Source: an uncultured Gemmatimonadales bacterium (lineage in GTDB: Bacteria; Gemmatimonadota; Gemmatimonadetes; Longimicrobiales; RSA9). Taken from it: DNA of 64,000 bases. The notes below the pieces were generated by a model. The model saw only the letters and a program-made list of their open reading frames with translations, was not told the origin of the DNA and made no database searches. This document shows, in pieces, positions 26,701 through 39,541 of this stretch (its first letter is position 1; each line of letters opens with the position of its first letter). The translations under genes and the position numbers were made by a program. Where the stretch lies: the NCBI GenBank assembly GCA_963708135.1, contig OY970192.1:128001-192000 (forward strand), written 5' to 3'.

Positions 26701-29700
26701 ATGGGGGACGTGAGGGAGGACTGGAAAGAGGCGCTGGACGGCAAGCACCGGGAGGCGTACTGGCGTGGTCTCGACGAGCTGCTGAAGAGTCCGGACTTCC
26801 GGGAGCGCGCCCGCCGGGAGTTCCCGCCGGGGGTGGACGAGAGCCTGGTCCAGCTGGACGGCTTCTCGCGCCGCACGTTCCTCAAGCTGCTGGGCGCGAG
26901 CATGGCGCTCGCGGGCGTGGCGGGCTGCGCGCAGGCCCCGCGCGACGACATCCTGCCCTACGTCAAGCAGCCGCCCGAGCTGCGTCCCGGCGACGCGCTG
27001 CACTACGCCACCACCATGACGCTCGCCGGCTACGGCACGGGCCTCCTCGTGGAGGGCCATGCCGGCAGGCCGACCAAGGTCGAGGGCAACCCGGAGCACC
27101 CCGCGAGCCTCGGCGCCGCCGGCGTCTTCGAGCAGGCGTCCGTGCTCCAGCTCTACAACCCGCGGCGCGCGCGCGGCATCCGCCGCGACACGGACCCCGC
27201 GCTGTGGAGCGACTTCGCCCGCGCCCTCTCGACGGGAGGCGGGCCGGGGGCCGGCACCGGCCTGCACTTCCTGCTCGAGCCGACGGCCTCGCCGCTGCAC
27301 GCCGCGCTCATCGGGAGGATCCGCGCCCGCCTGCCCGGCGCCCGCTTCCACTTCTACGCGCCGCTCTCGCCGAACCACGCGTGGGAGGGCGCGCGCGCCG
27401 CCGTGGGCCAGCCGCTCCAGCCGGTCTACGCCTTCGACCGCGCGGCCGTCGTGCTCTCGCTGGACGCGGACTTCATGGCCTCGGGTCCCTATCACCTGCG
27501 CTACGCTCGCGACTTCGCCGACGGCCGCCGCATAGCGGGGCCCGACGCGACCATGAACCGGCTCTACCAGGCGGAGTCGATGCTCACGCCCACGGGCACC
27601 ATGGCCGACCACCGGCTGCGCCTCCGCACCGGCGAGGTGCCGGCGCTGGCCGCCGCCGTGCTGGCCGCGCTCGGCGGCGCGGGCGCCGGCGTCCCCGCCA
27701 CGCTCGGCGCCGCGCTGCAGCGATTCCGCGCCGCCCCGCGCGCGGCGGAATGGGTGCGCGCCTGTGCCCACGATCTTGCCGCCGCGCGCGGCCGGGGCCT
27801 CGTGGTGGCGGGCGAGCGCCAGCCGCCGGTGGTCCACGCGCTCGCGCACGCCATGAACGCCGCGCTCGGCAGCATCGGCGGCACCGTCCGCTACGTCCCG
27901 TCGCCGCTCGTCAATGCCGGCCAGGCGAGCCACGGCCTCGAGGCGCTGGTGGGCGAGCTCCGCGCCGGACAGGTCGACACGCTCGTCGTGCTCGAGGGCA
28001 ATCCGGCGTACGCGGCGCCCGCGGACCTCGAGGTGGGTCAGGCGCTCGGACGCGCGCGCCGCGTCGCCTACGTGGGCCTCTTCGAGAACGAGACCGCCGC
28101 GCACGCGCACTGGTTCATCCCCGCCAGGCACTACCTCGAGACGTGGGGCGACGCCCGCGCCTACGATGGCACCGCCTCCATCGTGCAGCCGCTGATCCGT
28201 CCGATGTACGGCGGCCGGTCCGTGGCCGAGGTGCTGGCGTTCTTCGCAGGCGAGCCGGAGGCCACCGACTACGCGCTCGTGCGCGGCCTGTGGCGGCAGG
28301 GCCGCGGGGGCTCCGCCTCCGACGCGTACTGGGACGAGGCGCTGCAGCACGGGATCCTGCCCGAGCAGGGCAGCGGGGGCGGGGGTGCAGCGGCGGGAGT
28401 CAGCGGCGGGCCCGGGCAGGCCGCGGCGGCGCCGTCGCCGGCGGGGCAGGGGAGCGTCGCCTGGGATGCCATCGGCCGCGCGCTCCAGGGAGTGGCGAGC
28501 GAGCCGCCGCGGAAGGGCGCCGTCGAGGTGACCCTGCGCGGTGATCCCGGCGTCTACGACGGCCGCTTCGCGGACAACGCGTGGCTCCAGGAGCTGCCGG
28601 ACCCGATGACGAAGGTGACCTGGGACAACGCGGCGGTGCTCGGCCCGAAGACCGCGGACGCCTTCGGTGTCGCCACGGATGACGTGGTCGAGCTCGACGC
28701 GGGCGGACGCAAGCTCCGGCTGCCGGTGTTCGTGCTGCCCGGGCACGCGGACAATGCGGTGACGGTGAGCCTCGGCTACGGGCGGGACGGCGCGGAGCAG
28801 CTGGCGGGCGGGATCGGCGGGAACGCCTACGCGCTCATGACCACGCGCGCGCCGTTCGCGGTGCCCGACGTCAGGCTCACGCCGGTGCTGGAGGAGCACG
28901 GCGCGCACGCGAAGCACGTGCTGGCGACGACGCAGACGCACTGGGCCATGCACGGCCGGCCGATCGTGCTCGGCGCCACGCTCGGCGAGTACCGCGCGAA
29001 GCCGGATTTCACGAAGGAGCATCGCGGCCCCGTCGCCGAGCTCTACGATTCGTTCGCGTACAAGAGTGGCGACCAGTGGGCGATGAACGTGGACCTCTCG
29101 CTGTGCAGCGGCTGCAACGCGTGCGTGGTGGCGTGCCAGGCGGAGAACAACATCCCGGTGGTCGGGCGGGTGGGCGTGCACAACCGGCGCGAGATGTACT
29201 GGTTGCGCATCGACCGCTACTTCAGCGGCGGGGCGGAGGACCCGGACGTGGTGATGCAGCCGATGCTGTGCCAGCACTGCGAGACGGCGCCGTGCGAGTA
29301 CGTCTGCCCGGTGAACGCCACGGTGCACAGCTCGGACGGGCTGAACGAGAATGATCTACAACCGCTGCGTCGGCACCCGCTTCTGCAACAACAACTGCCC
29401 CTACAAGGTGCGCCGCTTCAACTGGTTCGACTACAACCAGAACAAGCCCGAGTCCGAGAAGCTGGAGGAGAACCCGGACGTGACCGTGCGCGAGCGCGGC
29501 GTCATGGAGAAGTGCACCTACTGCGTGCAGCGGATCCGGCGCGCGCAGATCCGGGCGCAGGAGGAGAACCGCGAGCTCGGGGCGGGCGAGGTGTGGACGG
29601 CGTGCCAGCAGGCGTGTCCCACGCGCGCGCTGACCTTCGGCTCGCTCACGAACCCGGAGGCGGATGTGGTGAAGCAGCGGCGCGACCCCCGCCTCTACGC

Positions 29701-29842
29701 GGTGCTGCACGACCTGGGCACGCGGCCGCGCACGATGTACCTGGCGCGCATCGCGAACCCGAACCCCGCGCTGAAGAAGACCTCGGCCGGCCGCTCCGTG
29801 GAGCAGCTCGAGGGCGAGCAGAACACGCGCGAGGAGTACTAG
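26701..29842 (+). CDS. actB: Alternative complex III ActB (Mo-enzyme-like plus Fe-S domain), interrupted by a +1 frameshift at about 29350
   Basis: YWRGLDEL, Tat motif [29 protein letters not shown] and [13 protein letters not shown]. The conserved [16 protein letters not shown] continues only after skipping one A. Confidence 0.88.
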
Positions 29843-29843
29843 C

Positions 29844-31250
29844 GTGAGCGAGGCCGTCCGCTACCACGAGAAGCCGGCGCCGGGCCGGAGCTATGCGCGC
29901 AGCTTCGGCGAGCACCCGATCCTGCTCGGCCGGCCCGGCTACGGCGAGCTCGGCGCCGAGCTGATCGACCCGGTGCTCAGCCCCACCCGCAAATGGTGGC
30001 TCCTCTTCCTCCCCGCGCTGGCCGGCACCGGGCTGTTCGTGCTCCTCGTGAGCTACACGGTCATCACCGGGATCGGCGTCTGGGGCAACAACATCCCGGT
30101 CGCGTGGGGCTTCGCCATCATCAACTTCGTCTGGTGGATCGGGATCGGCCACGCGGGCACCTTCATCTCCGCGTTCCTGCTCCTGCTCGAGCAGCAGTGG
30201 CGCACCTCGATCAACCGGCTCGCCGAGGCGATGACCCTCTTCGCGCTCGTGCAGGCGGCGCTCTTCCCGATGATGCACCTCGGCCGCCCCTGGTTCGGCT
30301 ACTGGCTGATCCCGTACCCGGCCACCATGGGCGTGTGGCCCAATTTCAAGAGCTCGCTGCCCTGGGACGCCGCCGCGGTCTTCACCTACTTCACCATCTC
30401 GCTGCTCTTCTGGTACCTCGGCCTCGTGCCGGACCTCGCGGAGGCCCGCGACCGCTGCGTCTCGCGCGTGAAGAAGAAGCTCTACGGCATCTTCGCCCTC
30501 GGCTGGCGCGGCTCCGCGCGCCACTGGCACCACTACGAGTTCGCCTACGGCATCCTGGCCGGCCTGGCCACGCCGCTCGTGATCTCCGTCCACAGCGTGG
30601 TCTCGCTCGACTTCGCCATCGCGCAGCTGCCCGGCTGGCACTCGACCATCTTCCCGCCCTACTTCGTGGTCGGCGCCATCTACTCGGGGTTCGCCATGGT
30701 GCTGATCCTCGCCATCCCGATCCGCTGGATGTACGGCATCCAGAACGTCATCACCGAGAACCACCTCGACAACTGCGCCAAGCTGCTGCTCGTCATGAGC
30801 GTCTTCATGACCTACAGCTACGTGGTCGAGCCGTTCATCGCCTGGTACAGCGGCAGCCCCTACGAGCGCTACATGGCGCTGACCGCCCGCTGGACCGGCC
30901 CCTACATGGGCGTCTACTGGTTCACGATGTTCGCCAACATCGTCCCCGCCCAGCTGCTCTGGATCAAGAAGCTGCGCACCAACACCTGGTACCTCTTCAT
31001 CGCCAGCGTGCTGATCCTCACCGCGATGTGGACGGAGCGCTTCATGCTCATCGTCACCTCGCTGAACCGCGACTTCCTGCCCTCGAGCTGGCACCTGTAC
31101 TGGCCGAGCTGGGTGGACTGGGGGATCCTGACCGGCTCCATCTGCTTCTTCTTCGCCCTGTTCCTGATCTTCATCCGCTACACGCCGTTCGTGGCCGTGG
31201 CGGAGGTCAAGAAGCTCGCCTACGTGCAGCGGAAGGAGCCGATCCTGTGA
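29844..31250 (+). CDS. actC: Alternative complex III ActC (NrfD-family quinol-binding subunit)
   Basis: [24 protein letters not shown] and [11 protein letters not shown] motifs. Confidence 0.93.
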   Translation: MSEAVRYHEKPAPGRSYARSFGEHPILLGRPGYGELGAELIDPVLSPTRKWWLLFLPALAGTGLFVLLVSYTVITGIGVWGNNIPVAWGFAIINFVWWIGIGHAGTFISAFLLLLEQQWRTSINRLAEAMTLFALVQAALFPMMHLGRPWFGYWLIPYPATMGVWPNFKSSLPWDAAAVFTYFTISLLFWYLGLVPDLAEARDRCVSRVKKKLYGIFALGWRGSARHWHHYEFAYGILAGLATPLVISVHSVVSLDFAIAQLPGWHSTIFPPYFVVGAIYSGFAMVLILAIPIRWMYGIQNVITENHLDNCAKLLLVMSVFMTYSYVVEPFIAWYSGSPYERYMALTARWTGPYMGVYWFTMFANIVPAQLLWIKKLRTNTWYLFIASVLILTAMWTERFMLIVTSLNRDFLPSSWHLYWPSWVDWGILTGSICFFFALFLIFIRYTPFVAVAEVKKLAYVQRKEPIL

Positions 31251-31807
31251 GCCGCGTCGCCCCGCGCGAGTCGCTCCACGACGGCGTCTTCGCCGAGTTC
31301 GATGACCCGGACGAGCTGCTCCACGCCATCGAGCACGTGCGCGGCCTCGGCTATACCGACCTCGATGCCTTCACGCCGTTCCCTGTGCCCGGCGCGAGCG
31401 AGAAGCTCGGCTTCCCGCGCTCGAAGCTGCCGTGGTACGCCTTCGGCGCGGGGCTCGGCGGCGCCGTGTTCGCCTACTTCATCCAGTGGTTCACGGTGGC
31501 CTACAACTTCCCGATCAACGTCGGCAACCGGCCGCCGCACTCGCCGCCGTCGTTCGTGCCGATCACCTTCGAGACCATGGTGCTGTGGGCCGGCTGGATG
31601 GTCTTCATCGCCTTCTTCTTCTTCGTCCGACTGCCGGAGCCGTGGAACCCGGTGTTCGAGATCCCGGGCTTCGAGCGCGCCACGCAGGACCGTTTCTGGC
31701 TGGCCATCGGCAGCGCCGACCCGCGCTTCGAGGCGGAGCGCACGGCCCGGGAGCTGGAGGAGCTCGCGCCGCTGCGCGTCGTGCGGCTGGAGGGACGGGA
31801 CACGTGA
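31247..31807 (+). CDS. actD: Alternative complex III ActD (DUF3341)
   Basis: [19 protein letters not shown] and FERATQDRF motifs; position in the operon. Confidence 0.9.
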   Translation: MSRVAPRESLHDGVFAEFDDPDELLHAIEHVRGLGYTDLDAFTPFPVPGASEKLGFPRSKLPWYAFGAGLGGAVFAYFIQWFTVAYNFPINVGNRPPHSPPSFVPITFETMVLWAGWMVFIAFFFFVRLPEPWNPVFEIPGFERATQDRFWLAIGSADPRFEAERTARELEELAPLRVVRLEGRDT

Positions 31808-32631
31808 CGGGCCGCCAGGCGACGTCTCCCGCCGCGGCCCTCGCCGCGCTCCTCCTCGCGCTCGGCGCCGCCGGCTGCCGGGGCGTCAACATCGGCTGGG
31901 ACGTCGGCCTCGAGCGCATGCTGGCCCAGCCCAGCTACCGCGCCTTCCGCACCGGCGTCTTCTTCGAGGACCGCGCCGTGCTCCAGCCGCCGCCGACCGG
32001 CACCATCTCCCGCGAGCAGGAGCTCGGCCCCGCGCGCGTCGTGCGCGGCTACGACGCGGCGGGACCCGCCGACCGCATCCCGATCCCAATGACGCGCGCC
32101 ATGATCGACGAGGGCCGGGCGAGCTTCGAGACCATCTGCGGCGCCTGCCACGGCGTGCTCGGCAATGCCATCACGCCCGTGGCCGACCGCATGCAGCTGC
32201 GCCGCCCGCCCTCGCTGCACCGACCCGACCTGCGGGCGCTGCCGGACGGACGGATCTTCCAGGTCATCCGCGAGGGGTACGGCCTCATGCCCGCCTACGC
32301 CGACCAGCTCTCCGTCCGCGAGGCCTGGGAGGTCGTGGCCTACCTGCGCGCGCTCCAGCTGAGCCAGGCGACCTCGCTCGACTCGCTCCCGGCTCCCGCC
32401 CGCGCCGCCGCGCTGCACGCCCTCGGCGCCGCGCCCCTGCCCGGCGCGCCCGCCACGCCCGACACGTTGCCGCCGGCGCGCGGCACGGCGCCCCCGCCGG
32501 GGCCGGTCGCGCCCGCGACGCCGGCGCCGGCGGGCGGCCGCACGGACACGGCGCGGGCCCTTCGGCCGCGCGGCACGCCGCCGGCGCCGGCGGGTGCGGC
32601 GGCCGCGTCGCCTGGAAGGGGACACAGGTGA
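31804..32631 (+). CDS. actE: Alternative complex III monoheme cytochrome c lipoprotein ActE
   Basis: Lipobox AAGC, CGACH, GYGLMPAY and VAYLRALQLSQ; Pro/Ala-rich tail. Confidence 0.88.
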   Translation: MTGRQATSPAAALAALLLALGAAGCRGVNIGWDVGLERMLAQPSYRAFRTGVFFEDRAVLQPPPTGTISREQELGPARVVRGYDAAGPADRIPIPMTRAMIDEGRASFETICGACHGVLGNAITPVADRMQLRRPPSLHRPDLRALPDGRIFQVIREGYGLMPAYADQLSVREAWEVVAYLRALQLSQATSLDSLPAPARAAALHALGAAPLPGAPATPDTLPPARGTAPPPGPVAPATPAPAGGRTDTARALRPRGTPPAPAGAAAASPGRGHR

Positions 32632-33815
32632 GCGCGACGGGGGAGGTGCCGGTGATCCGGCTGGGACGCCTGCCGCTCTTCTTCCTCGCGGTCGGGGTGG
32701 TCGGGATCGTGGCGTGGGCGCTCGGGTTCCTGTGGGACCCGACCCAGGCCTGGTTCGCCTACCTGACGGCGTACTGCTTCGGGGTGAGCATCGCGCTCGG
32801 CGGGCTGTGGGCGCTCATGGTGACGTACGCGGCCACCTCGGACTGGTTCGTGGTGATGCGGCGGCTGCCGGAGGCGGTGGCCTCCACACTGCCGCTCTTC
32901 CTGCTGCTGTTCGTGCCGCTCATCTTCGGCCTCGGCCGCCTCTACCCGTGGGTGCCGCCGCTGCACCTGTCGGAATCGATGCGCGCCGCGGTCGAGAAGA
33001 AGCAGGCGTGGCTCGACCCCACGTTCTTCGTGCTGCGCGGCTTCGGCTGCCTCGTCGTCTGGAATCTGCTCGCCTTCTTCCTGCTGCGCTGGTCGCGGCG
33101 GCAGGACGAGGAGCCTGGGCTGAACCTGCGCGCGCGGCTGATCGGCCTCGGCGCCGCCGGGCTCGTCATCATGCTGTTCACGCAGAGCTTCGCCGCGTTC
33201 GACTGGATGATGTCGCTCGAGCCGGACTTCTCCTCGACCGTCTACGGCATGTACTGGTTCTGCGGCTCTTTCGAGGCCGGCGCCGCGCTGACCGCCATCC
33301 TGCTCTGGCGCGCGGCCACGCGCGGGCCGCTCGACGGCCGCATCCGGGCGGACCACGCGGGCGGCGTCGGCAAGCTGATGCTCGTGGCCACCATCCTGTG
33401 GGCGTACGCGGCCTTCGCGCAGCTGCTCATCATCTGGATCGCGGATGTGCCCGAGGAGGCGCGCTGGTATGTGATCCGCACCTACGGAAGCTGGCGCGCG
33501 ATCTTCGGCGTGCTCGCCGCGGGCAAGTTCCTGCTGCCGTTCCTGCTGCTGCTGTCCTGGGGGCTCAAGCGCACGCTCCCCGCGATCGCGGCCGTGGGCG
33601 CGTGGATGCTCGTCATGCAGTACGTGGACACGGCCTGGCTGGTGCTCCCCGCGCTGCACCCGGGCGGGGTGCGTCCCAACTGGCTCGACCTGGCCGCGGC
33701 CGTGGGCGTGCTCGGGCTGGCCGCTGCCTGGGGAGCGTGGTGGCTCGACGGCCGCGCGGCCGTCCCCGTCGGCGATCCGCTCCTGCCCAAGTCGATGGAG
33801 TACAGCCATGAGTGA
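32628..33815 (+). CDS. actF: Alternative complex III ActF membrane subunit
   Basis: LYPW, FDWMMSLEP, STVYG and QLLIIWIADVPEE motifs. Confidence 0.9.
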   Translation: MSATGEVPVIRLGRLPLFFLAVGVVGIVAWALGFLWDPTQAWFAYLTAYCFGVSIALGGLWALMVTYAATSDWFVVMRRLPEAVASTLPLFLLLFVPLIFGLGRLYPWVPPLHLSESMRAAVEKKQAWLDPTFFVLRGFGCLVVWNLLAFFLLRWSRRQDEEPGLNLRARLIGLGAAGLVIMLFTQSFAAFDWMMSLEPDFSSTVYGMYWFCGSFEAGAALTAILLWRAATRGPLDGRIRADHAGGVGKLMLVATILWAYAAFAQLLIIWIADVPEEARWYVIRTYGSWRAIFGVLAAGKFLLPFLLLLSWGLKRTLPAIAAVGAWMLVMQYVDTAWLVLPALHPGGVRPNWLDLAAAVGVLGLAAAWGAWWLDGRAAVPVGDPLLPKSMEYSHE

Positions 33816-34449
33816 CGCGCCGGACCGCGCCCGCGCCCCGCTCGCCGCGGGCATGCGACGTCAGGATCCGGAGCGCGATCCGGCCTTCGCGCGCGAGGAG
33901 CGCGCGGCCGCCCGGAACCCGAGCGTCCGGCAGGAGCCGGACTCGCCGGCCTACCGCAGGATCATCCTCACGCTGATCGGCGCCCTCGGGGTGGGCGGGA
34001 TCCTGATCCTGGCCACGACGCTGATCCTCCAGACGCGCGTCCGGGAGCGCCGGCCGGAAGGGCTGCCGCGGCCCGACACCGCGCACGAGGGGCCGGACAG
34101 GGTGGCCGGCGTGTTCCAGACGCAGATCTTCGACGAGGTCTCCGCCACCGAAGTCAAGCGCAAGCGGCTGGACCGGCTCGAGGCCTACGGCTGGGTGAGC
34201 AGGCCGCACGGCATCGTGCGCATCCCGATCGACAGCGCGATCGCCATCGTGCTCGAGCAGCAGGCCGCCCGCGCCGCCGGAGGCGACACGGCGCGCACCA
34301 CGCCCGCGAACCCCGGCCCGCCGCGCGGCCGGCCCACGCTCCTCCCGCCCCCCGGCGGCCTCGAGCGCGGCGGCGTGCAGCGGAAGCGCGGGTCCGGCAC
34401 GGGCGCCGCGAAGCCGCGGCCCGCGGGACACGGGGAGGCGCGCCCATGA
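33808..34449 (+). CDS. actG: ActG-like single-TM protein
   Basis: LEAYGWV...VRIPIDSAI motif, one TM helix, position after actF. Confidence 0.7.
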   Translation: MSDAPDRARAPLAAGMRRQDPERDPAFAREERAAARNPSVRQEPDSPAYRRIILTLIGALGVGGILILATTLILQTRVRERRPEGLPRPDTAHEGPDRVAGVFQTQIFDEVSATEVKRKRLDRLEAYGWVSRPHGIVRIPIDSAIAIVLEQQAARAAGGDTARTTPANPGPPRGRPTLLPPPGGLERGGVQRKRGSGTGAAKPRPAGHGEARP

Positions 34450-35590
34450 GCACCCTCGCGTTCCTGCTACTCCAGGCCGCCGAGAAGCTGCCGCAGGGGG
34501 CGCTGCCCGGCGGCTCGCCGAAGGGGCTGTCGGAGCTGCCCGAGGCGCTCTCGCGCTTCATGCGCGGGCTCCTCTTCCTGCCGCCCGAGGCGTCCACGCT
34601 CGCCGACAACGTGGACACGCTGCACTTCTACGAGTTCATCACGATGTGGGGGCTCGCGGCCATCGTCATGGCGGCCGCGATCTGGTTCGCCATCCGCTAC
34701 CGCCGGCGCTCGGATGACGCGCCGACGCCGCGCGTGATCGCGCCGCTCTGGTTCGAGCTGGGCGGCGCCCTGTTCCTCTTCGCGCTCTGGATCGGATGGT
34801 GGGTGGTCTCGTTCCGGCAGTATGTGGACCTGACCGTGCCGCCGCCGGGCGCGATGCAGGTCTACGTTACGGCCAAGCAGTGGATGTGGAAGTTCTCCTA
34901 CCCGGACGGCTCGAGCTCCGCGGGCATCATGTTCGTGCCCGCCGGCAAGCCGATAAAGCTGGTCATCGGCTCCCGCGACGTGATCCACAGCTTCTACGTG
35001 CCCGCGTTCCGCATCAAGCGGGACGCCGTCCCCGGTCAGTACGAGTCGCTCTGGTTCGAGGCGCCCACGCCGGGCAGCTACCAGATCCTGTGCGCCGAGT
35101 ACTGCGGCGTGGGGCACTCCCGCATGTGGGGCGCCGTCGTCGTGCTGGCACCCGCGGATTACGCGCGCTGGAAGGAGGGCGAGGCGCCCGCGGTGCCGGA
35201 GGCGGACGTCGGGCTGCCGCCCGTCGGCGCCGCGCCGTCCGGCCCGCCGCCGGTCGGCGGGCTGGCCGCGCTAGGGCAGAGGGTCGCCGCGAAGTACGGC
35301 TGCCTCGCCTGCCACAGCGTGGACGGCACGACCGGCCTGCCGCAGCACATCGGGCCGACCTGGCTCGGCCTCTACGGCTCGACCGTCACCCTGTCCGACG
35401 GGACGCAGGTGCAGGCCGACGCGCAGTATATCACCCGCTCGATGATGGAGCCGAAGGCGCAGGTCGTCGCGGGATACCCGCCCGTCATGCCGAGCTTCCA
35501 GGGCCAGGTCTCCAACGCCGAGGCCGCCGCCCTCGTCGAGTACATCCGGTGGCTGCGGAACCCGCAGGCCGCCACGGAAGAGCGCACCCG

Positions 35591-35594
<4 letters not shown>
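34446..35594 (+). CDS. coxB: Cytochrome c oxidase subunit II with fused cytochrome c (caa3)
   Basis: DVIHSF, CuA motif CAEYCGVGHSRM, C-terminal CLACH. Confidence 0.95.
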
Positions 35595-37233
<1,639 letters not shown>

Positions 37234-37237
<4 letters not shown>

Positions 37238-37911
37238 GCACCCTCGCCCAGCGCCTCCGCACCACCGTCAAGCCGCCGGCCGAGCACCTCGAGGCCCAGT
37301 TCCCGAGCCTCGAGCGGCAGGAGCAGGCCGCCAAGCTCGGGATGTGGATCTTCCTGGCCAGCGAGGTGCTCCTCTTCACCGGACTCTTCGCCCTCTACGC
37401 CAGCTACCGCGCCGACTACACCCACGTCTTCCGCCTGGCCGCGAGCCACACCAGCCTCGCCTACGGCACGGCCATGACCTACGTGCTGGTCACGAGCAGC
37501 TTCATCGTGGCCATGAGCATCCACACCACCCGCATCGGCCGCATCGGCTGGACCAAGGCCCTGCTCGCCATCGCCATCCTGATGGGGCTGCTCTTCCTCA
37601 CGCTCAAGGGCCTCGAGTACCGCGAGCACTTCCTCGAGGGCATCTATCCCGGGCCCGCCTACGACTTCCCCGAGCTCAACACCCACGGCGCCGCCATCTT
37701 CTTCACCCTCTACTACCTCATGACCGGGCTCCACGCCCTGCACGTCTTCGGCGGCTCCTGCATGCTCGCCTGGCTGCTCTGGAAGACCCAGCGCGGCGAC
37801 ATCGGGCCCGGCTACTACACCGCCCTCGAGCTCGGCGCCATGTACTGGCACCTCGTGGACATCTTCTGGCTCTTCCTCTGGCCCATGTTCTACCTCGTGA
37901 GGGGAGGGTAG
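37234..37911 (+). CDS. coxC: Cytochrome c oxidase subunit III
   Basis: GMWIFLASEVLLF, TGLHALHV and YWHLVDIFW motifs. Confidence 0.93.
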
Positions 37912-37917
37912 GCGACG

Positions 37918-38241
37918 ATGCCCAGCGACCACGTCTCCGCGCGCGCCTACGTGCTCACCTTCGTCGGCCTGCTCGTGCTCACCTCGCTCACGTTCGCCCT
38001 CTCCTTCGTGCATCTCGGCGTGCTCCAGATGCCCGTGGCCATGGTCATCGCCATCGCCAAGGGCGTCCTCGTCCTGCTCTTCTTCATGCACCTCATCGTG
38101 GCCCGCGGATCCGACCGCCTCGTCCTCGCCATCGCAATCGTGATCGCCTCCTTCCTCGTCCTCCTCGCCGTCACCGATGTGCTCACCCGGACCGGCGTGG
38201 GCGTCCTGCCGCCGCTGCCGAACGTTCCGCTGCCCCGGTAG
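37918..38241 (+). CDS. coxD: Cytochrome c oxidase subunit IV
   Basis: IAIAKGVLVLLFFMHL motif; 3 TM helices. Confidence 0.88.
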   Translation: MPSDHVSARAYVLTFVGLLVLTSLTFALSFVHLGVLQMPVAMVIAIAKGVLVLLFFMHLIVARGSDRLVLAIAIVIASFLVLLAVTDVLTRTGVGVLPPLPNVPLPR

Positions 38242-38317
38242 GCGCCGCCGCCGACGTCTCGCGCCCCACGGCGGACGGTCCGCGCCGCCGCGCGTGCCGC
38301 CCGCGCGGGCGCCGAGC

Positions 38318-38601
38318 GGGCGAGCGGGCGAGTTGGGCGAGTTGGGCGAGTTGGGCGAGTAGGGGACCGGGCGAGCAAGGACCGGGCGAGCAGGGCACCG
38401 GGCGGGCAGGGCACCGGGCGGGCAGGGCACCGGGCGGGCAGGGCACCGGGCGAGTCGAGGACCGGACGAGCAGGGCACCGGGCGAGTCGAGGACCGGGCG
38501 AGTGGGCGACAGGGCGAGCCGAGGACCCGGCGAGCAGGCCACCGGGCGAGTCGAGGACCGGGCGAGCCGAGGACCGGGCGAGTCGCGGACCGGGCGAGTC
38601 G
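38318..38601. repeat. Degenerate tandem repeats: GGGCGAGTT 9-mers, then about 15 units with a 16-bp period (core ACCGGGCG)
   Basis: ACCGGGCG-like cores recur at 38366, 38381, 38397 and onward to 38589. Confidence 0.85.
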
Positions 38602-38802
38602 CGTGCGTGAGCAAAAAGGCGGAATGGAACGCTCGGCTGGCGACCCGATCGAAATTCTGCTCGGTTTCCGAGCAATATCGCGCAACGGGGACGCTCGCGC
38701 GGCCGCGAGATCCCGTTTTTGCTCGGTTTCCGAGATCAATCGGAATCCGGACCGATCGGGTTGCGTCGAATACGCGTTTCTTCTCGCCCGCCGTGCCCAG
38801 TG

Positions 38803-38918
38803 GTGCCGCAGCCCGCCGTGCCGCAGTCCGTGGTGCCGCAGTCGGTGGTGCCGCAGTCCGCCGTGCCGCAGTCGGTGGTGCCGCAGTCAGTCGTGCCGCA
38901 GTCGGTGGTGCCGCAGTC
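38803..38918. repeat. 15-bp tandem array x8 (GTGCCGCAG + 6 variable bases)
   Basis: GTGCCGCAG at 38803, 38818, 38833, 38848, 38863, 38878, 38893 and 38908. Confidence 0.92.
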
Positions 38919-39010
38919 AATCCCCGCGTCCCTCTCCCTTCAGTACGCTTCTTGCGCCCGCCCCGCGGGCAGCGAGATCCACCCCCGCAAACGGAGCCCG
39001 GCGCGAAAAA

Positions 39011-39541
39011 ATGGACGTCGCCCTCACCCTGAACGGCCGCTTCCGCACCTTCGACGTCGATCCCGGCGTGACCCTGCTCGACCTGCTGCGCGAGCGCGTG
39101 GGGCTGACGGGCACCAAGAAAGGGTGCGACCATGGCCAGTGCGGCGCGTGCACCGTGCTCGTGGATGGCCGCCGCATCCTGTCCTGCCTGACGCTGGCCG
39201 CGATGGCCGGGGGCCGCGAGGTCACGACCGTGGAAGGGCTCGCCGAAGGCGACGGCGCCGACGCGCTGCACCCGCTCCAGCGCGCCTTCATCGCGCACGA
39301 CGCCTTCCAGTGCGGCTACTGCACGCCCGGCCAGATCGTCTCCGCCGTGGGGCTGCTCACGGAGCCGTGCGGGCCGGATGACGCCGACGTCCGCGAGGCG
39401 ATGAGCGGCAACCTCTGCCGCTGCGGCGCATACCCGAACATCGTGGCTGCCGTGCAGGACGTGCGCGGGGAGGACGCCGCGGGGACGCTCGCGCGGACCG
39501 CCGCTCCGCCCGCCGCATCCGCGCGCCGGAGGCCGCGATGA
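39011..39541 (+). CDS. paoA: Xanthine-dehydrogenase-family 2x[2Fe-2S] subunit (PaoA/YagT-like, no Tat leader)
   Basis: GTKKGCDHGQCGACT, QCGYCTPG and GNLCRCGAY motifs. Confidence 0.88.
   Translation: MDVALTLNGRFRTFDVDPGVTLLDLLRERVGLTGTKKGCDHGQCGACTVLVDGRRILSCLTLAAMAGGREVTTVEGLAEGDGADALHPLQRAFIAHDAFQCGYCTPGQIVSAVGLLTEPCGPDDADVREAMSGNLCRCGAYPNIVAAVQDVRGEDAAGTLARTAAPPAASARRRPR

Noticed and set aside
29341..29360. Programmed ribosomal frameshift in actB
   Set aside because: No slippery heptamer or homopolymer is present; a simple indel is more parsimonious.
26701..29842. ActB as a second catalytic molybdoenzyme
   Set aside because: Established ActB subunits are Mo-enzyme-like but cofactor-free, and the N-terminal [4Fe-4S] Cys motif is absent here.
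38803..38918. CRISPR or mini-array reading of the 15-bp repeats
   Set aside because: The period is too short, and the 6-bp variable parts recur rather than being unique spacers.
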